DNA of 30,219 nt from a virus (lineage: Duplodnaviria > Heunggongvirae > Uroviricota > Caudoviricetes). Positions 6,905-16,793 of the stretch are shown here, in pieces (positions within the stretch are counted from its first letter, which is position 1; each line of letters begins with the position of its first letter). The notes beneath the pieces are model-generated. The model had not been told where the DNA came from, did not search any database, and worked only from the letters and a program-made list of their open reading frames with translations. The stretch spans positions 1-30,219 of the IMG/VR virus record IMGVR_UViG_2563366798_000006; one strand, given 5' to 3'. Both the position numbers and the translations under genes were made by a program.

Positions 6905-7939
6905 TCAGCCGTTGTCAGTGTCCAGTGAGTAGTTTTTAAAGCGGATGACCTCCTGATCGAGCCAGCCGTTTATCTCGCGGATCCTGTCCTGTAACGGGAT
7001 AAGCTCATTGCGGACAAAGACCTTTGCCACTTTCTCAATATCTCCCAGCGACCCGACGTTCTCCGGCTTGCCGCCCATCAACTGAAAGGGGATGCGGTGT
7101 GCGTCCAGCAGGTCAGCGGCGCTGGCTTTTTTGATATTAAAAAAATCGTCCTTCGTCGCCACTTCACTGAGGGGGATAATTTTAATGCCGTCGGCTTTCC
7201 CCTGCGGGGCATAGAGAAACAGATTTTTAAAGTTATTGCGGCCTTTCGACTTAACCATGTTTTCGCGAAGCATTTCGATATCGTTGCGATCCTGCACGGC
7301 ATCGGTGACGTACATGATGTATCCGGCATGTGCGCCATTTTCGTAATACTTGCGGCGGAACAGCGTGGCCGACTCATTCAGCCAGGCAGAGTTAAGGGCG
7401 CTGAGATATTCCGGCAGGCCGTACAGCTCCTGATTAATATCCGGCTCCAGCAGGTGAAACACGGAGCCGGGCGCGAAGGCTGTCGGCTCGTTGAAGGACG
7501 GCACCCACCAGTAAACATCCTCTTCCACACCACGGCGGGTATATTTTGCCGGTGAGGTTTCCAGTCTGATGACCTTACCGGTGGTGCTGTAACGCTTTTC
7601 CAGAAACGCATTACCGAACACCAGAAAATCCAGCACAAAGCGGCTGAAATCCTGCTGGGAAAGCCACGGATGCGGGATAAATGTCGAGGCCAGAATATTA
7701 CGTTTGACGTAAATCGGGGAGCTGTGATGCACGGCAGCACGCAGGCTTTTTGCCAGACCGGTAAAGCTGACCGGTGGCTCATACCATCTGCCGTTACTGA
7801 TGCACTCAACGTAATCCAGAATGTCACGGCGGTCGAGTACCGGCACCGGCTCACCAAAGGTGAATGCCTCCATTTTCGGGGCGCTGGCGGTCATTTTTTT
7901 TGCCGCAGGTTGCGGTGTTTTCCCTTTTTTCTTGCTCAT
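6905..7939 (-). CDS. Q: Portal (capsid portal) protein Q
   Basis: 344-aa product at the size and position of P2 gpQ, first gene after cos on the minus strand. Start overlaps the P stop (ATGA). Confidence 0.88.
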   Translation of the reverse strand: MSKKKGKTPQPAAKKMTASAPKMEAFTFGEPVPVLDRRDILDYVECISNGRWYEPPVSFTGLAKSLRAAVHHSSPIYVKRNILASTFIPHPWLSQQDFSRFVLDFLVFGNAFLEKRYSTTGKVIRLETSPAKYTRRGVEEDVYWWVPSFNEPTAFAPGSVFHLLEPDINQELYGLPEYLSALNSAWLNESATLFRRKYYENGAHAGYIMYVTDAVQDRNDIEMLRENMVKSKGRNNFKNLFLYAPQGKADGIKIIPLSEVATKDDFFNIKKASAADLLDAHRIPFQLMGGKPENVGSLGDIEKVAKVFVRNELIPLQDRIREINGWLDQEVIRFKNYSLDTDNG

Positions 7940-9711
7940 CAGTAAAACTCCAGAATGGTGGATGTCAGCGGGGTGCTGATACCGGCGGTGAGTGGCTCAT
8001 TTAACAGGGCGTGCATGGTCGCCCAGGCGAGGTCGGCGTGGCTGGCTTCCTCGCTGCGGCTGGCCTCATAGGTGGCGCTGCGTCCGCTGCTGGTCATGGT
8101 CTTGCGGATAGCCATAAACGAGCTGGTGATGTCGGTGGCGCTGACGTCATATTCCAGACAGCCACGACGGATAACGTCTTTTGCCTTGAGCACCATTGCG
8201 GTTTTCATTTCCGGCGTGTAGCGGATATCGCGCGCGGCGGGATAGAACGAGCGCACGAGCTGGAACACGCCGATACCGAGGCCGGTGGCATCAATTCCGA
8301 TGTATTCGACGTTGTATTTTTCGGTGAGTTTGCGGATGGATTCAGCCTGGGTGGCAAAGTCCATGCCTTTCCACTGGTGACGCTCAAGTATTCTGAATTT
8401 GCCACCGGCCACCACCGGCGGTGCCAGCACCACGCATCCGGCGCTGTCGCCACGGTGTGACGGGTCGTAACCAATCCATACCGGACGGGAGCCGAATGGA
8501 TTCGCGGCAAACGGCGCATAGTCTTCCCATTCTTCCAGCGTGTCGACCATGCAGCGTTGCAGCTCCTCGAACGGGAACACCGATGCCTTGTCGTCAACAA
8601 ATTCACACATGAACAGGTTTTTAAAATCGTCGGCGCTGTTTTCGCGTTTGAGCTGCTCAATGTCGAACAGCGTGCAGCCACCTTTCAGGGCGTCCTCAAT
8701 GGTGACAATCTGCCGCCACTGGCCGTCCGCACAGAGAAGCCCACCGGCAAGGGCGTTATGACTGACGTCGATTTCCACGCGTTCAGCGGCGCTGGCGCGT
8801 CCCCGGTTAAACAGTTCACCCGACCAGAACGGGTAGGCGTCGTGCGCCAGCGTGGACGGGGTGGAGAAATAGGTCGAGCGCAGGTGACTCTGTGAGGCCA
8901 TACCTGATGCCACCTTACGCAGTACCTGAAAATTCGGGATCCAGAAAATCTCGTCGACGTACAGGTCGCCGTTATGGCTCTGTGCGGTGTTGGAGTTGGT
9001 GCCGAGAAAAATCAGTTTTGCGCCGTTATTGCCCAGGACAATCGGGTCACCGGTCAGGTCAACGTCAACCAGCCGGGCAAAGGCGATGATGTATTCGCGG
9101 AACACATACGCCTGCGTTTTACTGGCCGACAGAAAAATCTGGTTATGACCGGTTTTCAGGGCGCGCAGCAGCGCCTCGCGGGAAAAATAAAACGTCGCGC
9201 CAATCTGGCGGGATTTCAGGATATCGCGGATGCGGTGCTCAAGCCCGGCGCGATACCAGTGCAACTGATAGTCGAAAGACTGCTCAAAGAAAATCTGCTC
9301 CAGCTTTTCGATGGCCTCGTCACTGAAAAAATTCTTTTTCGGTTTGCGACGCCCGCCTTTGTTGCGGTTAGCGACGTTCGGATTAAGGTCTGCCTCGTTG
9401 CCGGTCTGACTGTAACGGTTGACCCGTGCCAGTCGTTCAATCTGGCGTCCCAGCAGGTCAATTTCCTTGAAGTCACCGCCGGTTTTCTGCGGTTTGATGA
9501 TGAGCTGGGTCAGCCGCGCTTCCAGACTCATTTCGACACGGCTGATGGGGGCAACGCTGTCCCAGCCGTCGCGCTGTTTCCAGCTCTGCACCGTCGGGCG
9601 TTTCATCTGCAATATGGCGGCAATCTGCGGCACGGAAAACCCCTGCCAGTACAGCAGCGCCGCCTGACGACGCGGGTCGTGTAAAAGAGTGGTGTCTGTG
9701 GTGATGGTCAT
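7939..9711 (-). CDS. P: Terminase large (ATPase) subunit P
   Basis: About 590-aa product. Start placed at the internal Met (MTITTDTT...) with GAGGT SD 5 nt upstream. Synteny Q-P divergent from O. Confidence 0.88.
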   Translation of the reverse strand: MTITTDTTLLHDPRRQAALLYWQGFSVPQIAAILQMKRPTVQSWKQRDGWDSVAPISRVEMSLEARLTQLIIKPQKTGGDFKEIDLLGRQIERLARVNRYSQTGNEADLNPNVANRNKGGRRKPKKNFFSDEAIEKLEQIFFEQSFDYQLHWYRAGLEHRIRDILKSRQIGATFYFSREALLRALKTGHNQIFLSASKTQAYVFREYIIAFARLVDVDLTGDPIVLGNNGAKLIFLGTNSNTAQSHNGDLYVDEIFWIPNFQVLRKVASGMASQSHLRSTYFSTPSTLAHDAYPFWSGELFNRGRASAAERVEIDVSHNALAGGLLCADGQWRQIVTIEDALKGGCTLFDIEQLKRENSADDFKNLFMCEFVDDKASVFPFEELQRCMVDTLEEWEDYAPFAANPFGSRPVWIGYDPSHRGDSAGCVVLAPPVVAGGKFRILERHQWKGMDFATQAESIRKLTEKYNVEYIGIDATGLGIGVFQLVRSFYPAARDIRYTPEMKTAMVLKAKDVIRRGCLEYDVSATDITSSFMAIRKTMTSSGRSATYEASRSEEASHADLAWATMHALLNEPLTAGISTPLTSTILEFY

Positions 9712-9884
9712 GAATACCTCGCCGTGATGAATACACGGCAAGGCTACTGAGTCGCGTCCCGCGATTCGCTAAGGTGCTGTTGTGTCAGTGATAAGCCATC
9801 CGGGACTGATGGCGGAGGATGCGCATCGTCGGGAAACTGATGCCGACATGTGACTCCTCTAATCACTATTCAGGACTCCTGACA

Positions 9885-10739
9885 ATGGCAAAAAAAGTCT
9901 CAAAATTCTTTCGTATCGGCGTTGAGGGTGACACCTGTGACGGGCGTGTCATCAGTGCGCAGGATATTCAGGAAATGGCCGAAACCTTTGACCCGCGTGT
10001 CTATGGTTGCCGCATTAACCTGGAACATCTGCGCGGCATCCTGCCTGACGGCATTTTTAAGCGTTATGGCGATGTGGCCGAACTGAAGGCCGAAAAGATT
10101 GACGATGATTCGGCGCTGAAAGGCAAATGGGCGCTGTTTGCGAAAATCACCCCGACCGATGACCTTATCGCGATGAACAAGGCCGCGCAGAAGGTTTATA
10201 CCTCAATGGAAATTCAGCCGAACTTTGCCAACACCGGCAAATGTTATCTGGTGGGTCTGGCCGTCACCGATGACCCGGCAAGCCTCGGTACGGAATACCT
10301 GGAATTCTGCCGCACGGCAAAACACAACCCCCTGAACCGCTTCAAATTAAGCCCTGAAAACCTGATTTCAGTGGCAACGCCCGTTGAGCTGGAATTTGAA
10401 GACCTGCCTGAAACCGTGTTCACCGCCCTGACTGAAAAGGTGAAATCCATTTTTGGCCGCAAACAGGCCAGCGATGACGCCCGTCTGAATGATGTGCATG
10501 AAGCGGTGACCGCTGTTGCTGAACATGTGCAGGAAAAACTGAGCGCCACTGAGCAGCGCCTCGCGGAGATGGAAACCGCCTTTTCCGCACTTAAGCAGGA
10601 TGTAGCTGACAGGGCGGATGAAACCAGCCAGGCATTCACCCGCCTGAAAAACAGTCTCGACCACACCGAAAGTCTGACCCAGCAGCGCCGCAGCAAGGCC
10701 ACCGGCGGTGGCGGTGACGCCCTGATGACGAACTGCTGA
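9885..10739 (+). CDS. O: Capsid scaffolding protein O
   Basis: Start placed at MAKKVSKFFRIGVEGDTCDGR (P2 gpO N-terminus as recalled), not at the track's 9819. Coiled-coil-like C-terminus. Confidence 0.85.
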   Translation: MAKKVSKFFRIGVEGDTCDGRVISAQDIQEMAETFDPRVYGCRINLEHLRGILPDGIFKRYGDVAELKAEKIDDDSALKGKWALFAKITPTDDLIAMNKAAQKVYTSMEIQPNFANTGKCYLVGLAVTDDPASLGTEYLEFCRTAKHNPLNRFKLSPENLISVATPVELEFEDLPETVFTALTEKVKSIFGRKQASDDARLNDVHEAVTAVAEHVQEKLSATEQRLAEMETAFSALKQDVADRADETSQAFTRLKNSLDHTESLTQQRRSKATGGGGDALMTNC

Positions 10740-10797
10740 CCGGCGTCAGTCTGTCCGGGAAAACCTTCACGATTAACCCTTAATTTCAGGAAAAACT

Positions 10798-11871
10798 ATG
10801 CGCCAGGAAACCCGCTTTAAATTTAATGCCTACCTGTCCCGTGTTGCCGAACTGAACGGCATCGACGCCGGTGATGTGTCGAAAAAATTCACCGTTGAAC
10901 CGTCGGTCACCCAGACCCTGATGAACACCATGCAGGAGTCCTCTGACTTTCTGACCCGCATCAACATTGTGCCGGTCAGCGAAATGAAAGGGGAAAAAAT
11001 TGGCATCGGTGTCACCGGCTCCATCGCCAGCACCACCGACACCGCCGGTGGCACCGAACGTCAGCCGAAGGACTTCTCGAAGCTGGCGTCAAACAAGTAC
11101 GAATGCGACCAGATTAACTTCGATTTTTATATCCGCTACAAAACGCTGGACCTGTGGGCGCGTTATCAGGATTTCCAGCTCCGTATCCGTAACGCCATTA
11201 TCAAACGCCAGTCCCTTGATTTAATCATGGCCGGTTTTAACGGCGTGAAGCGTGCCGAAACCTCTGACCGCAGCAGTAACCCGATGCTGCAGGATGTGGC
11301 GGTCGGCTGGCTGCAGAAATACCGCAATGAAGCCCCGGCGCGCGTGATGAGCAAGGTTACTGACGAGGAAGGTCACACGACCTCTGAGGTCATCCGCGTG
11401 GGTAAGGGCGGTGATTATGCCAGCCTTGATGCACTGGTGATGGATGCGACCAACAACCTGATTGAACCGTGGTATCAGGAAGACCCTGACCTTGTGGTGA
11501 TTGTGGGGCGTCAGCTACTGGCGGACAAGTATTTCCCCATCGTCAACAGGGAGCAGGACAACAGCGAAATGCTGGCCGCTGACGTCATCATCAGCCAGAA
11601 ACGCATCGGTAACCTGCCGGCAGTGCGCGTCCCGTACTTCCCGGCAGATGCGATGCTCATCACGAAGCTGGAAAACCTGTCTATCTACTACATGGATGAC
11701 AGCCATCGCCGCGTGATTGTGGAAAACCCGAAACTCGACCGCGTGGAGAACTACGAGTCAATGAACATTGATTACGTGGTGGAAGACTACGCCGCCGGTT
11801 GTCTGGTGGAAAAAATCAAGGTCGGTGATTTCTCCACACCGGCTAAGGCGACCGCAGAGCCGGGAGCGTAA
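10798..11871 (+). CDS. N: Major capsid protein N
   Basis: 357 aa, the same length as P2 gpN; AGGAAA SD; synteny O-N-M. Confidence 0.9.
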   Translation: MRQETRFKFNAYLSRVAELNGIDAGDVSKKFTVEPSVTQTLMNTMQESSDFLTRINIVPVSEMKGEKIGIGVTGSIASTTDTAGGTERQPKDFSKLASNKYECDQINFDFYIRYKTLDLWARYQDFQLRIRNAIIKRQSLDLIMAGFNGVKRAETSDRSSNPMLQDVAVGWLQKYRNEAPARVMSKVTDEEGHTTSEVIRVGKGGDYASLDALVMDATNNLIEPWYQEDPDLVVIVGRQLLADKYFPIVNREQDNSEMLAADVIISQKRIGNLPAVRVPYFPADAMLITKLENLSIYYMDDSHRRVIVENPKLDRVENYESMNIDYVVEDYAAGCLVEKIKVGDFSTPAKATAEPGA

Positions 11872-11874
11872 CCG

Positions 11875-12618
11875 ATGACGAGTCCCGCACAGCGCCACAT
11901 GATGCGGGTCTCGGCAGCGATGACCGCGCAGCGGGAAGCCGCCCCGCTGCGACATGCAACTGTCTATGAGCAGATGCTGGTCAAGCTGGCCGCAGACCAG
12001 CGCACACTGAAAGCGATTTATTCAAAAGAGCTGAAGGCCGCAAAAAAACGCGAACTGCTGCCGTTCTGGTTGCCGTGGGTGAACGGCGTGCTGGAGCAGG
12101 GCAAAGGTGCACAGGATGACATTCTGATGACGGTCATGCTGTGGCGTCTGGATACCGGCGATATTGCCGGTGCGCTGGAGATTGCCCGTTATGCCCTGAA
12201 GTACGGTCTGACCATGCCGGGTAAACACCGCCGCACCCCGCCGTACATGTTCACCGAGGAGGTGGCGCTCGCGGCCATGCGCGCTCACGCTGCCGGTGAG
12301 TCTGTGGATACCCGCCTGCTGACGGAGACCCTTGAACTGACCGCCACGGCTGACATGCCTGATGAAGTGCGCGCAAAGCTGCACAAAATCACCGGTCTGT
12401 TTCTGCGTGACGCTGGTGATGCCGCCGGTGCGCTGGCTCACCTGCAACGTGCGACACAGCTCGACTGTCAGGCAGGCGTCAAAAAAGAGATTGAACGACT
12501 GGAGCGGGAGCTGAAACCGAAGCCGGAGCCGCAACCCAAAGCGGCCACCCGTGCCACGCGTAAGACCCGGAGCGTGACACCGGCAAAACGTGGACGCCCG
12601 AAAAAGAAAGCCAGTTAA
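11875..12618 (+). CDS. M: Terminase small/endonuclease subunit M
   Basis: 247 aa, basic KR-rich C-terminal tail, same size and position as P2 gpM. Confidence 0.85.
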   Translation: MTSPAQRHMMRVSAAMTAQREAAPLRHATVYEQMLVKLAADQRTLKAIYSKELKAAKKRELLPFWLPWVNGVLEQGKGAQDDILMTVMLWRLDTGDIAGALEIARYALKYGLTMPGKHRRTPPYMFTEEVALAAMRAHAAGESVDTRLLTETLELTATADMPDEVRAKLHKITGLFLRDAGDAAGALAHLQRATQLDCQAGVKKEIERLERELKPKPEPQPKAATRATRKTRSVTPAKRGRPKKKAS

Positions 12619-12717
12619 CAACCGAATGCGCCCCGCGCCAGGGCGGCACGCCGGTCAGTGAGGGTGAATCACCTGACACTACACCGGCGTCCACCGCCCG
12701 ACTTTTCAGAGGTAGTC

Positions 12718-13227
12718 ATGATGACGCTGATTATTCCGCGAAAGGAGGCTCCCGTGTCCGGTGAGGGTACGGTGGTCATCCCGCAACCGGCAGGCGACGA
12801 GCCGGTGATTAAAAACACGTTCTTTTTTCCCGATATCGACCCGAAGCGCGTCCGGGAACGTATGCGCCTTGAGCAGACCGTCGCCCCCGCCCGTCTGCGT
12901 GAGGCCATCAAGTCAGGCATGGCTGAAACGAATGCGGAGCTGTACGAGTACCGCGAACAGAAAATTGCTGCCGGTTTTACGCGTCTGGCGGACGTCCCGG
13001 CGGACGACATCGACGGTGAAAGCATCAAAGTTTTTTACTACGAGCGCGCCGTGTGTGCGATGGCGACCGCGTCGCTTTATGAGCGTTACCGCGGCGTGGA
13101 TGCCAGTGCGAAAGGCGACAAGAAGGCCGACAGCATTGACAGCACTATTGATGAGCTGTGGCGGGATATGCGCTGGGCGGTGGCGCGTATCCAGGACAAG
13201 CCGCGCTGCATCGTGAGTCAAATCTGA
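12718..13227 (+). CDS. L: Head completion/stabilisation protein L
   Basis: Start at ATG 12718 (GAGGTAG SD) gives 169 aa as in P2 gpL. Stop overlaps the X start (TGATG). Confidence 0.8.
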   Translation: MMTLIIPRKEAPVSGEGTVVIPQPAGDEPVIKNTFFFPDIDPKRVRERMRLEQTVAPARLREAIKSGMAETNAELYEYREQKIAAGFTRLADVPADDIDGESIKVFYYERAVCAMATASLYERYRGVDASAKGDKKADSIDSTIDELWRDMRWAVARIQDKPRCIVSQI

Positions 13228-13430
13228 TGAAGACCTTTGCGCTACAGGGCGACACGCTCGACGCCATTTGTGTCCGGTATTACGGGCGCACTGAGGGCGT
13301 GGTTGAGACCGTGCTCGCCGCAAATCCGGGACTGGCTGAACTGGGTGCGGTGCTGCCACACGGCACCGCCGTCGAACTGCCCGACGTTCAGACCGCGCCC
13401 GTGGCTGAAACTGTCAATCTGTGGGAGTAA
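13227..13430 (+). CDS. X: Tail protein X
   Basis: 67-aa product starting MKTFALQGDTLD at the P2 gpX position; the track's longer ORF starts at an upstream in-frame codon inside L. Confidence 0.75.
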   Translation: MKTFALQGDTLDAICVRYYGRTEGVVETVLAANPGLAELGAVLPHGTAVELPDVQTAPVAETVNLWE

Positions 13431-13433
13431 CGC

Positions 13434-13715
13434 ATGACAGCAGAAGAAAAAAGCGTCCTGTCGCTTTTCATGATTGGGGTGCTGATTGTTGTCGGCAAGG
13501 TGCTTGCCGGTGGTGAACCCATCACCCCGCGTCTGTTTATCGGGCGCATGTTGCTCGGTGGTTTTGTCTCGATGGTTGCCGGTGTTGTTCTGGTGCAGTT
13601 TCCTGACCTGTCACTGCCTGCGGTGTGCGGCATCGGCTCCATGCTGGGTATCGCCGGTTATCAGGTAATTGAGATTGCCATTCAGCGCCGCTTTAAGGGC
13701 AGGGGGAAACAGTAA
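13434..13715 (+). CDS. Y: Holin Y
   Basis: 93 aa with three hydrophobic helices, directly upstream of the endolysin. Confidence 0.8.
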   Translation: MTAEEKSVLSLFMIGVLIVVGKVLAGGEPITPRLFIGRMLLGGFVSMVAGVVLVQFPDLSLPAVCGIGSMLGIAGYQVIEIAIQRRFKGRGKQ

Positions 13716-14212
13716 TGCCGGTAATTAACACGCATCAGAATATCGCCGCCTTTCTCGACATGCTGGCCGTGTCCGAAGGGACGGCGAATCATCCGCTGAC
13801 GAAAAACCGGGGCTATGACGTGATAGTCACCGGACTGGACGGGAAGCCGGAAATTTTCACCGACTACAGTGACCACCCGTTCGCGCATGGCCGACCGGCG
13901 AAGGTGTTTAACCGTCGCGGTGAAAAATCCACGGCCTCCGGTCGCTATCAGCAGCTTTACCTGTTCTGGCCGCATTACCGCAAACAGCTTGCCCTGCCGG
14001 ATTTCAGTCCGTTGTCACAGGACAGACTTGCCATTCAGTTGATCCGCGAACGCGGTGCACTGGATGACATCCGGGCGGGACGCATTGAACGCGCCATTTC
14101 ACGCTGTCGCAATATCTGGGCGTCCCTGCCGGGAGCCGGTTACGGTCAGCGTGAGCATTCACTGGAAAAACTGGTCACCGTCTGGCGTACCGCCGGCGGC
14201 GTACCGGCTTAA
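13715..14212 (+). CDS. K: Endolysin K
   Basis: 165 aa following the holin, P2 gpK size and position; start overlaps the Y stop. Confidence 0.85.
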   Translation: MPVINTHQNIAAFLDMLAVSEGTANHPLTKNRGYDVIVTGLDGKPEIFTDYSDHPFAHGRPAKVFNRRGEKSTASGRYQQLYLFWPHYRKQLALPDFSPLSQDRLAIQLIRERGALDDIRAGRIERAISRCRNIWASLPGAGYGQREHSLEKLVTVWRTAGGVPA

Positions 14213-14226
14213 ACGGAGTAAACACC

Positions 14227-14652
14227 ATGAAGAAATTATCCCTTTCACTGATGCTGAACGTGTCGCTGGCGCTGATGCTGGCACTGTCCCTGATTTACCC
14301 GCAGAGCGTGGCCGTCAGTTTTGTCGCCACCTGGGCGATTCTGGCGACGGTTATCTGTGTGGTTGCCGGTGGTGTCGGCGTGTATGCCACGGAGTATGTG
14401 CTGGAACGCTACGGGCGGGAGCTGCCGCCGGAATCGCTGGCCGTGAAGATTGTCACGTCGCTGTTTTTGCAGCCGGTGCCGTGGCGCAGACGGGCGGCGG
14501 CTCTGGTGGTGATGGTGGCGACGTTTATCTCGCTGGTCGCTGCCGGGTGGATTTTTACCGCGCTGATTTATCTTGTGGCGTCGCTGTTTTTCCGGCTGAT
14601 ACGTAAAGCCTGTCGTCAGCGTCTTGAGGGGCGGGAACTATGTCAAAGCTGA
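14227..14652 (+). CDS. lysA: Lysis timing membrane protein LysA
   Basis: 141-aa multi-pass hydrophobic protein after K, P2 LysA size and position. Confidence 0.7.
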   Translation: MKKLSLSLMLNVSLALMLALSLIYPQSVAVSFVATWAILATVICVVAGGVGVYATEYVLERYGRELPPESLAVKIVTSLFLQPVPWRRRAAALVVMVATFISLVAAGWIFTALIYLVASLFFRLIRKACRQRLEGRELCQS

Positions 14653-15065
14653 TGACTGTGCTGGTCGTGTTGTTATCGCTGGCGGTGGCCGGTCTGTTTC
14701 TGGTGAAACACAAAAATGCCAGCCTGCGCGCCTCGCTGGACAGGGCGAACAGCGTCGCCAGCGGGCAGCAGACGACCATCACCATGCTGAAAAATCAGCT
14801 TCATGTTGCGCTCACCAGGGCAGACAAAAACGAGCTGGCGCAGGTGGCACTGCGTCAGGAACTGGAGAACGCCGCGAAGCGTGAAGCACAGCGCGAGAAA
14901 ACCATCACGAGGTTACTCAATGAAAACGAAGATTTTCGCCGCTGGTATGGCGCTGACCTGCCTGATGCTGTGCGCCGGTTGCACCAGCGTCCGGCCTGCA
15001 CTGACGCCAGTGATTGTCCCCAACGCCTGCCCGAAAGTGAGCCTTTGCCCGATGCCGGGCAGTGA
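14640..15065 (+). CDS. lysB: LysB (Rz-like inner-membrane spanin)
   Basis: 141 aa, N-terminal TM helix then charged coiled-coil-like region; overlaps the lysA end. Confidence 0.7.
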   Translation: MSKLMTVLVVLLSLAVAGLFLVKHKNASLRASLDRANSVASGQQTTITMLKNQLHVALTRADKNELAQVALRQELENAAKREAQREKTITRLLNENEDFRRWYGADLPDAVRRLHQRPACTDASDCPQRLPESEPLPDAGQ

Positions 15066-15210
15066 CCCGCAGACGAACGGCGATTTAAGTGCCGATATCC
15101 GGCAGCTTGAGAACGCGCTGGCACGCTGTGCCAGCCAGGTAAAAATGATTAAACACTGTCAGGACGAAAACGATGCTCAAACCCGACAGCCTGCGCAGGG
15201 CACTGACTGA
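14920..15210 (+). CDS. lysC: LysC (Rz1-like outer-membrane lipoprotein spanin) in the +1 frame of lysB
   Basis: ATG 14920 with ACGAGG SD. Product MKTKIFAAGMALTCLMLCAGCTS has a signal peptide and lipobox (LCAGC). Embedded in and extending past lysB, as for P2 lysC. Confidence 0.6.
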   Translation: MKTKIFAAGMALTCLMLCAGCTSVRPALTPVIVPNACPKVSLCPMPGSDPQTNGDLSADIRQLENALARCASQVKMIKHCQDENDAQTRQPAQGTD

Positions 15211-15640
15211 TGCCGTCACGGTGCTGAAAACCAGCCCCGAGATGCTGCGGATATTCGTGGATAACGGGAGTATTGCCTCCACACTGGCGACGTCGTTGTC
15301 ATTCGAAAAGCGTTACACGCTCAATGTGATTGTGACCGACTTTACCGGTGATTTTGACCTGCTCATTGTGCCGGTGCTGGCGTGGCTGCGGGAAAATCAG
15401 CCCGACATCATGACCACCGACGAAGGTCAGAAAAAAGGTTTCACGTTTTATGCAGACATCAACAATGACAGCAGCTTTGATATCAGCATCAGCCTGATGC
15501 TGACCGAGCGCACGCTGGTCAGTGAGGTGGACGGCGCGCTGCATGTGAAGAATATCCCGGAACCCACGCCGCCGGAGCCGGTCACCCGCCCGATGGAGCT
15601 TTATATCAATGGCGAACTGGTGAGCAAGTGGGATGAATGA
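15173..15640 (+). CDS. R: Tail completion protein R
   Basis: 155 aa, same size and position as P2 gpR. Confidence 0.8.
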   Translation: MLKPDSLRRALTDAVTVLKTSPEMLRIFVDNGSIASTLATSLSFEKRYTLNVIVTDFTGDFDLLIVPVLAWLRENQPDIMTTDEGQKKGFTFYADINNDSSFDISISLMLTERTLVSEVDGALHVKNIPEPTPPEPVTRPMELYINGELVSKWDE

Positions 15641-16085
15641 GTTTAAGCGTTTTGAAGACCGGCTGACCGGACTGATTGAGTCGCTGTCACCGTCAGGGCG
15701 TCGGCGACTGAGTGCCGAACTGGCGAAACGTCTGCGGCAGAGTCAGCAGCATCGTGTGATGGCACAGAAAGCCCCGGACGGCACCCCCTACGCGCCACGC
15801 CAGCAGCAGAGCGCCAGAAAAAAGACCGGTCGCGTTAAGCGAAAAATGTTTGCGAAACTTATCACCAGTCGTTTTTTGCATATCCGCGCCAGCCCTGAAC
15901 AGGCATCAATGGAGTTTTACGGCGGGAAGTCACCGAAAATAGCCAGTGTGCATCAGTTCGGTCTGTCAGAAGAAAACCGGAAAGACGGTAAGAAAATTGA
16001 TTATCCGGCGCGTCCTCTGCTCGGCTTTACCGGTGAGGATGTGCAGATGATTGAAGAGATTATCCTGACTCACCTCGATCGTTAG
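15633..16085 (+). CDS. S: Tail completion protein S
   Basis: 150 aa, overlaps the R end, P2 gpS position. Confidence 0.8.
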   Translation: MNEFKRFEDRLTGLIESLSPSGRRRLSAELAKRLRQSQQHRVMAQKAPDGTPYAPRQQQSARKKTGRVKRKMFAKLITSRFLHIRASPEQASMEFYGGKSPKIASVHQFGLSEENRKDGKKIDYPARPLLGFTGEDVQMIEEIILTHLDR

Positions 16086-16151
16086 TTGTGCCATTCCCGA
16101 CACCTCATCGTCACATTGCCGCCGGTATGACCCGGCGGCATCCTTCCCGTT

Positions 16152-16793
16152 ATGAACACTCTCGCAAATATTCAGGAACTCGCGCGCGCACTGCGCAACA
16201 TGATCCGCACCGGCCTTGTCGTCGAAACCGACCTTAACGCCGGTCGCTGCCGTGTGCAGACCGGCGGCATGTGCACCGACTGGCTTCAGTGGCTGACCCA
16301 TCGCGCCGGACGTTCGCGCACATGGTGGGCGCCTTCCGTGGGGGAACAGGTTCTGATTCTGGCCGTGGGCGGTGAACTCGACACGGCGTTCGTTCTGCCG
16401 GGGATTTATTCCGGTGATAACCCCGCGCCGTCTGCGTCGGCGGATGCCCTGCATATCCGTTTCCCTGACGGGGCGGTGATTGAGTATGAACCCGAAACCA
16501 GTGCACTCACGGTAAGCGGAATTAAAACGGCCAGCGTGACGGCTTCTGATTCTGTTACCGCCACGGTGCCGGCGGTCATGGTGAAAGCATCAACCCGCGT
16601 CACCCTGGACACACCAGAGGTGGTCTGCACTAACAAACTGACTACCGGCACGCTGGAAGTGCAGAAGGGCGGGAAGATGCACGGCAACATCGAGCATACC
16701 GACGGGAAATTCACGTCTAACGGCGTTCAGGTGGATGACCACGGTCACGGTGGTGTTAAGTCAGGTGACAACTGGACGCAGGGGACAAAATGA
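16152..16793 (+). CDS. V: Baseplate spike protein V
   Basis: 213 aa, first gene of the baseplate block V-W-J-I. Confidence 0.85.
   Translation: MNTLANIQELARALRNMIRTGLVVETDLNAGRCRVQTGGMCTDWLQWLTHRAGRSRTWWAPSVGEQVLILAVGGELDTAFVLPGIYSGDNPAPSASADALHIRFPDGAVIEYEPETSALTVSGIKTASVTASDSVTATVPAVMVKASTRVTLDTPEVVCTNKLTTGTLEVQKGGKMHGNIEHTDGKFTSNGVQVDDHGHGGVKSGDNWTQGTK

Noticed and set aside
7097-9684. Multiple 60-240-aa ORFs on both strands overlapping Q and P (for example 7097-7555, 7378-7857, 8011-8460, 8205-8681, 8974-9684)
   Set aside because: They overlap well-supported, syntenic phage genes in GC-rich DNA where long spurious open frames are common; no independent RBS or motif support.
9819-9884. 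Longer O start at 9819
   Set aside because: The extension has no RBS and encodes an atypical Cys/Ser-rich leader; ATG 9885 gives the canonical MAKKVSKFF start.
16086-16151. Ogr-dependent late promoter box (TGT-N12-ACA) upstream of V, FI and between P and O
   Set aside because: I found only approximate matches by eye (for example TGT-N12-ACC at 16087-16104, TGT-N11-ACC near 23527-23543), not a clean consensus. Late promoters almost certainly exist here, but I cannot place them reliably without alignment to P2.
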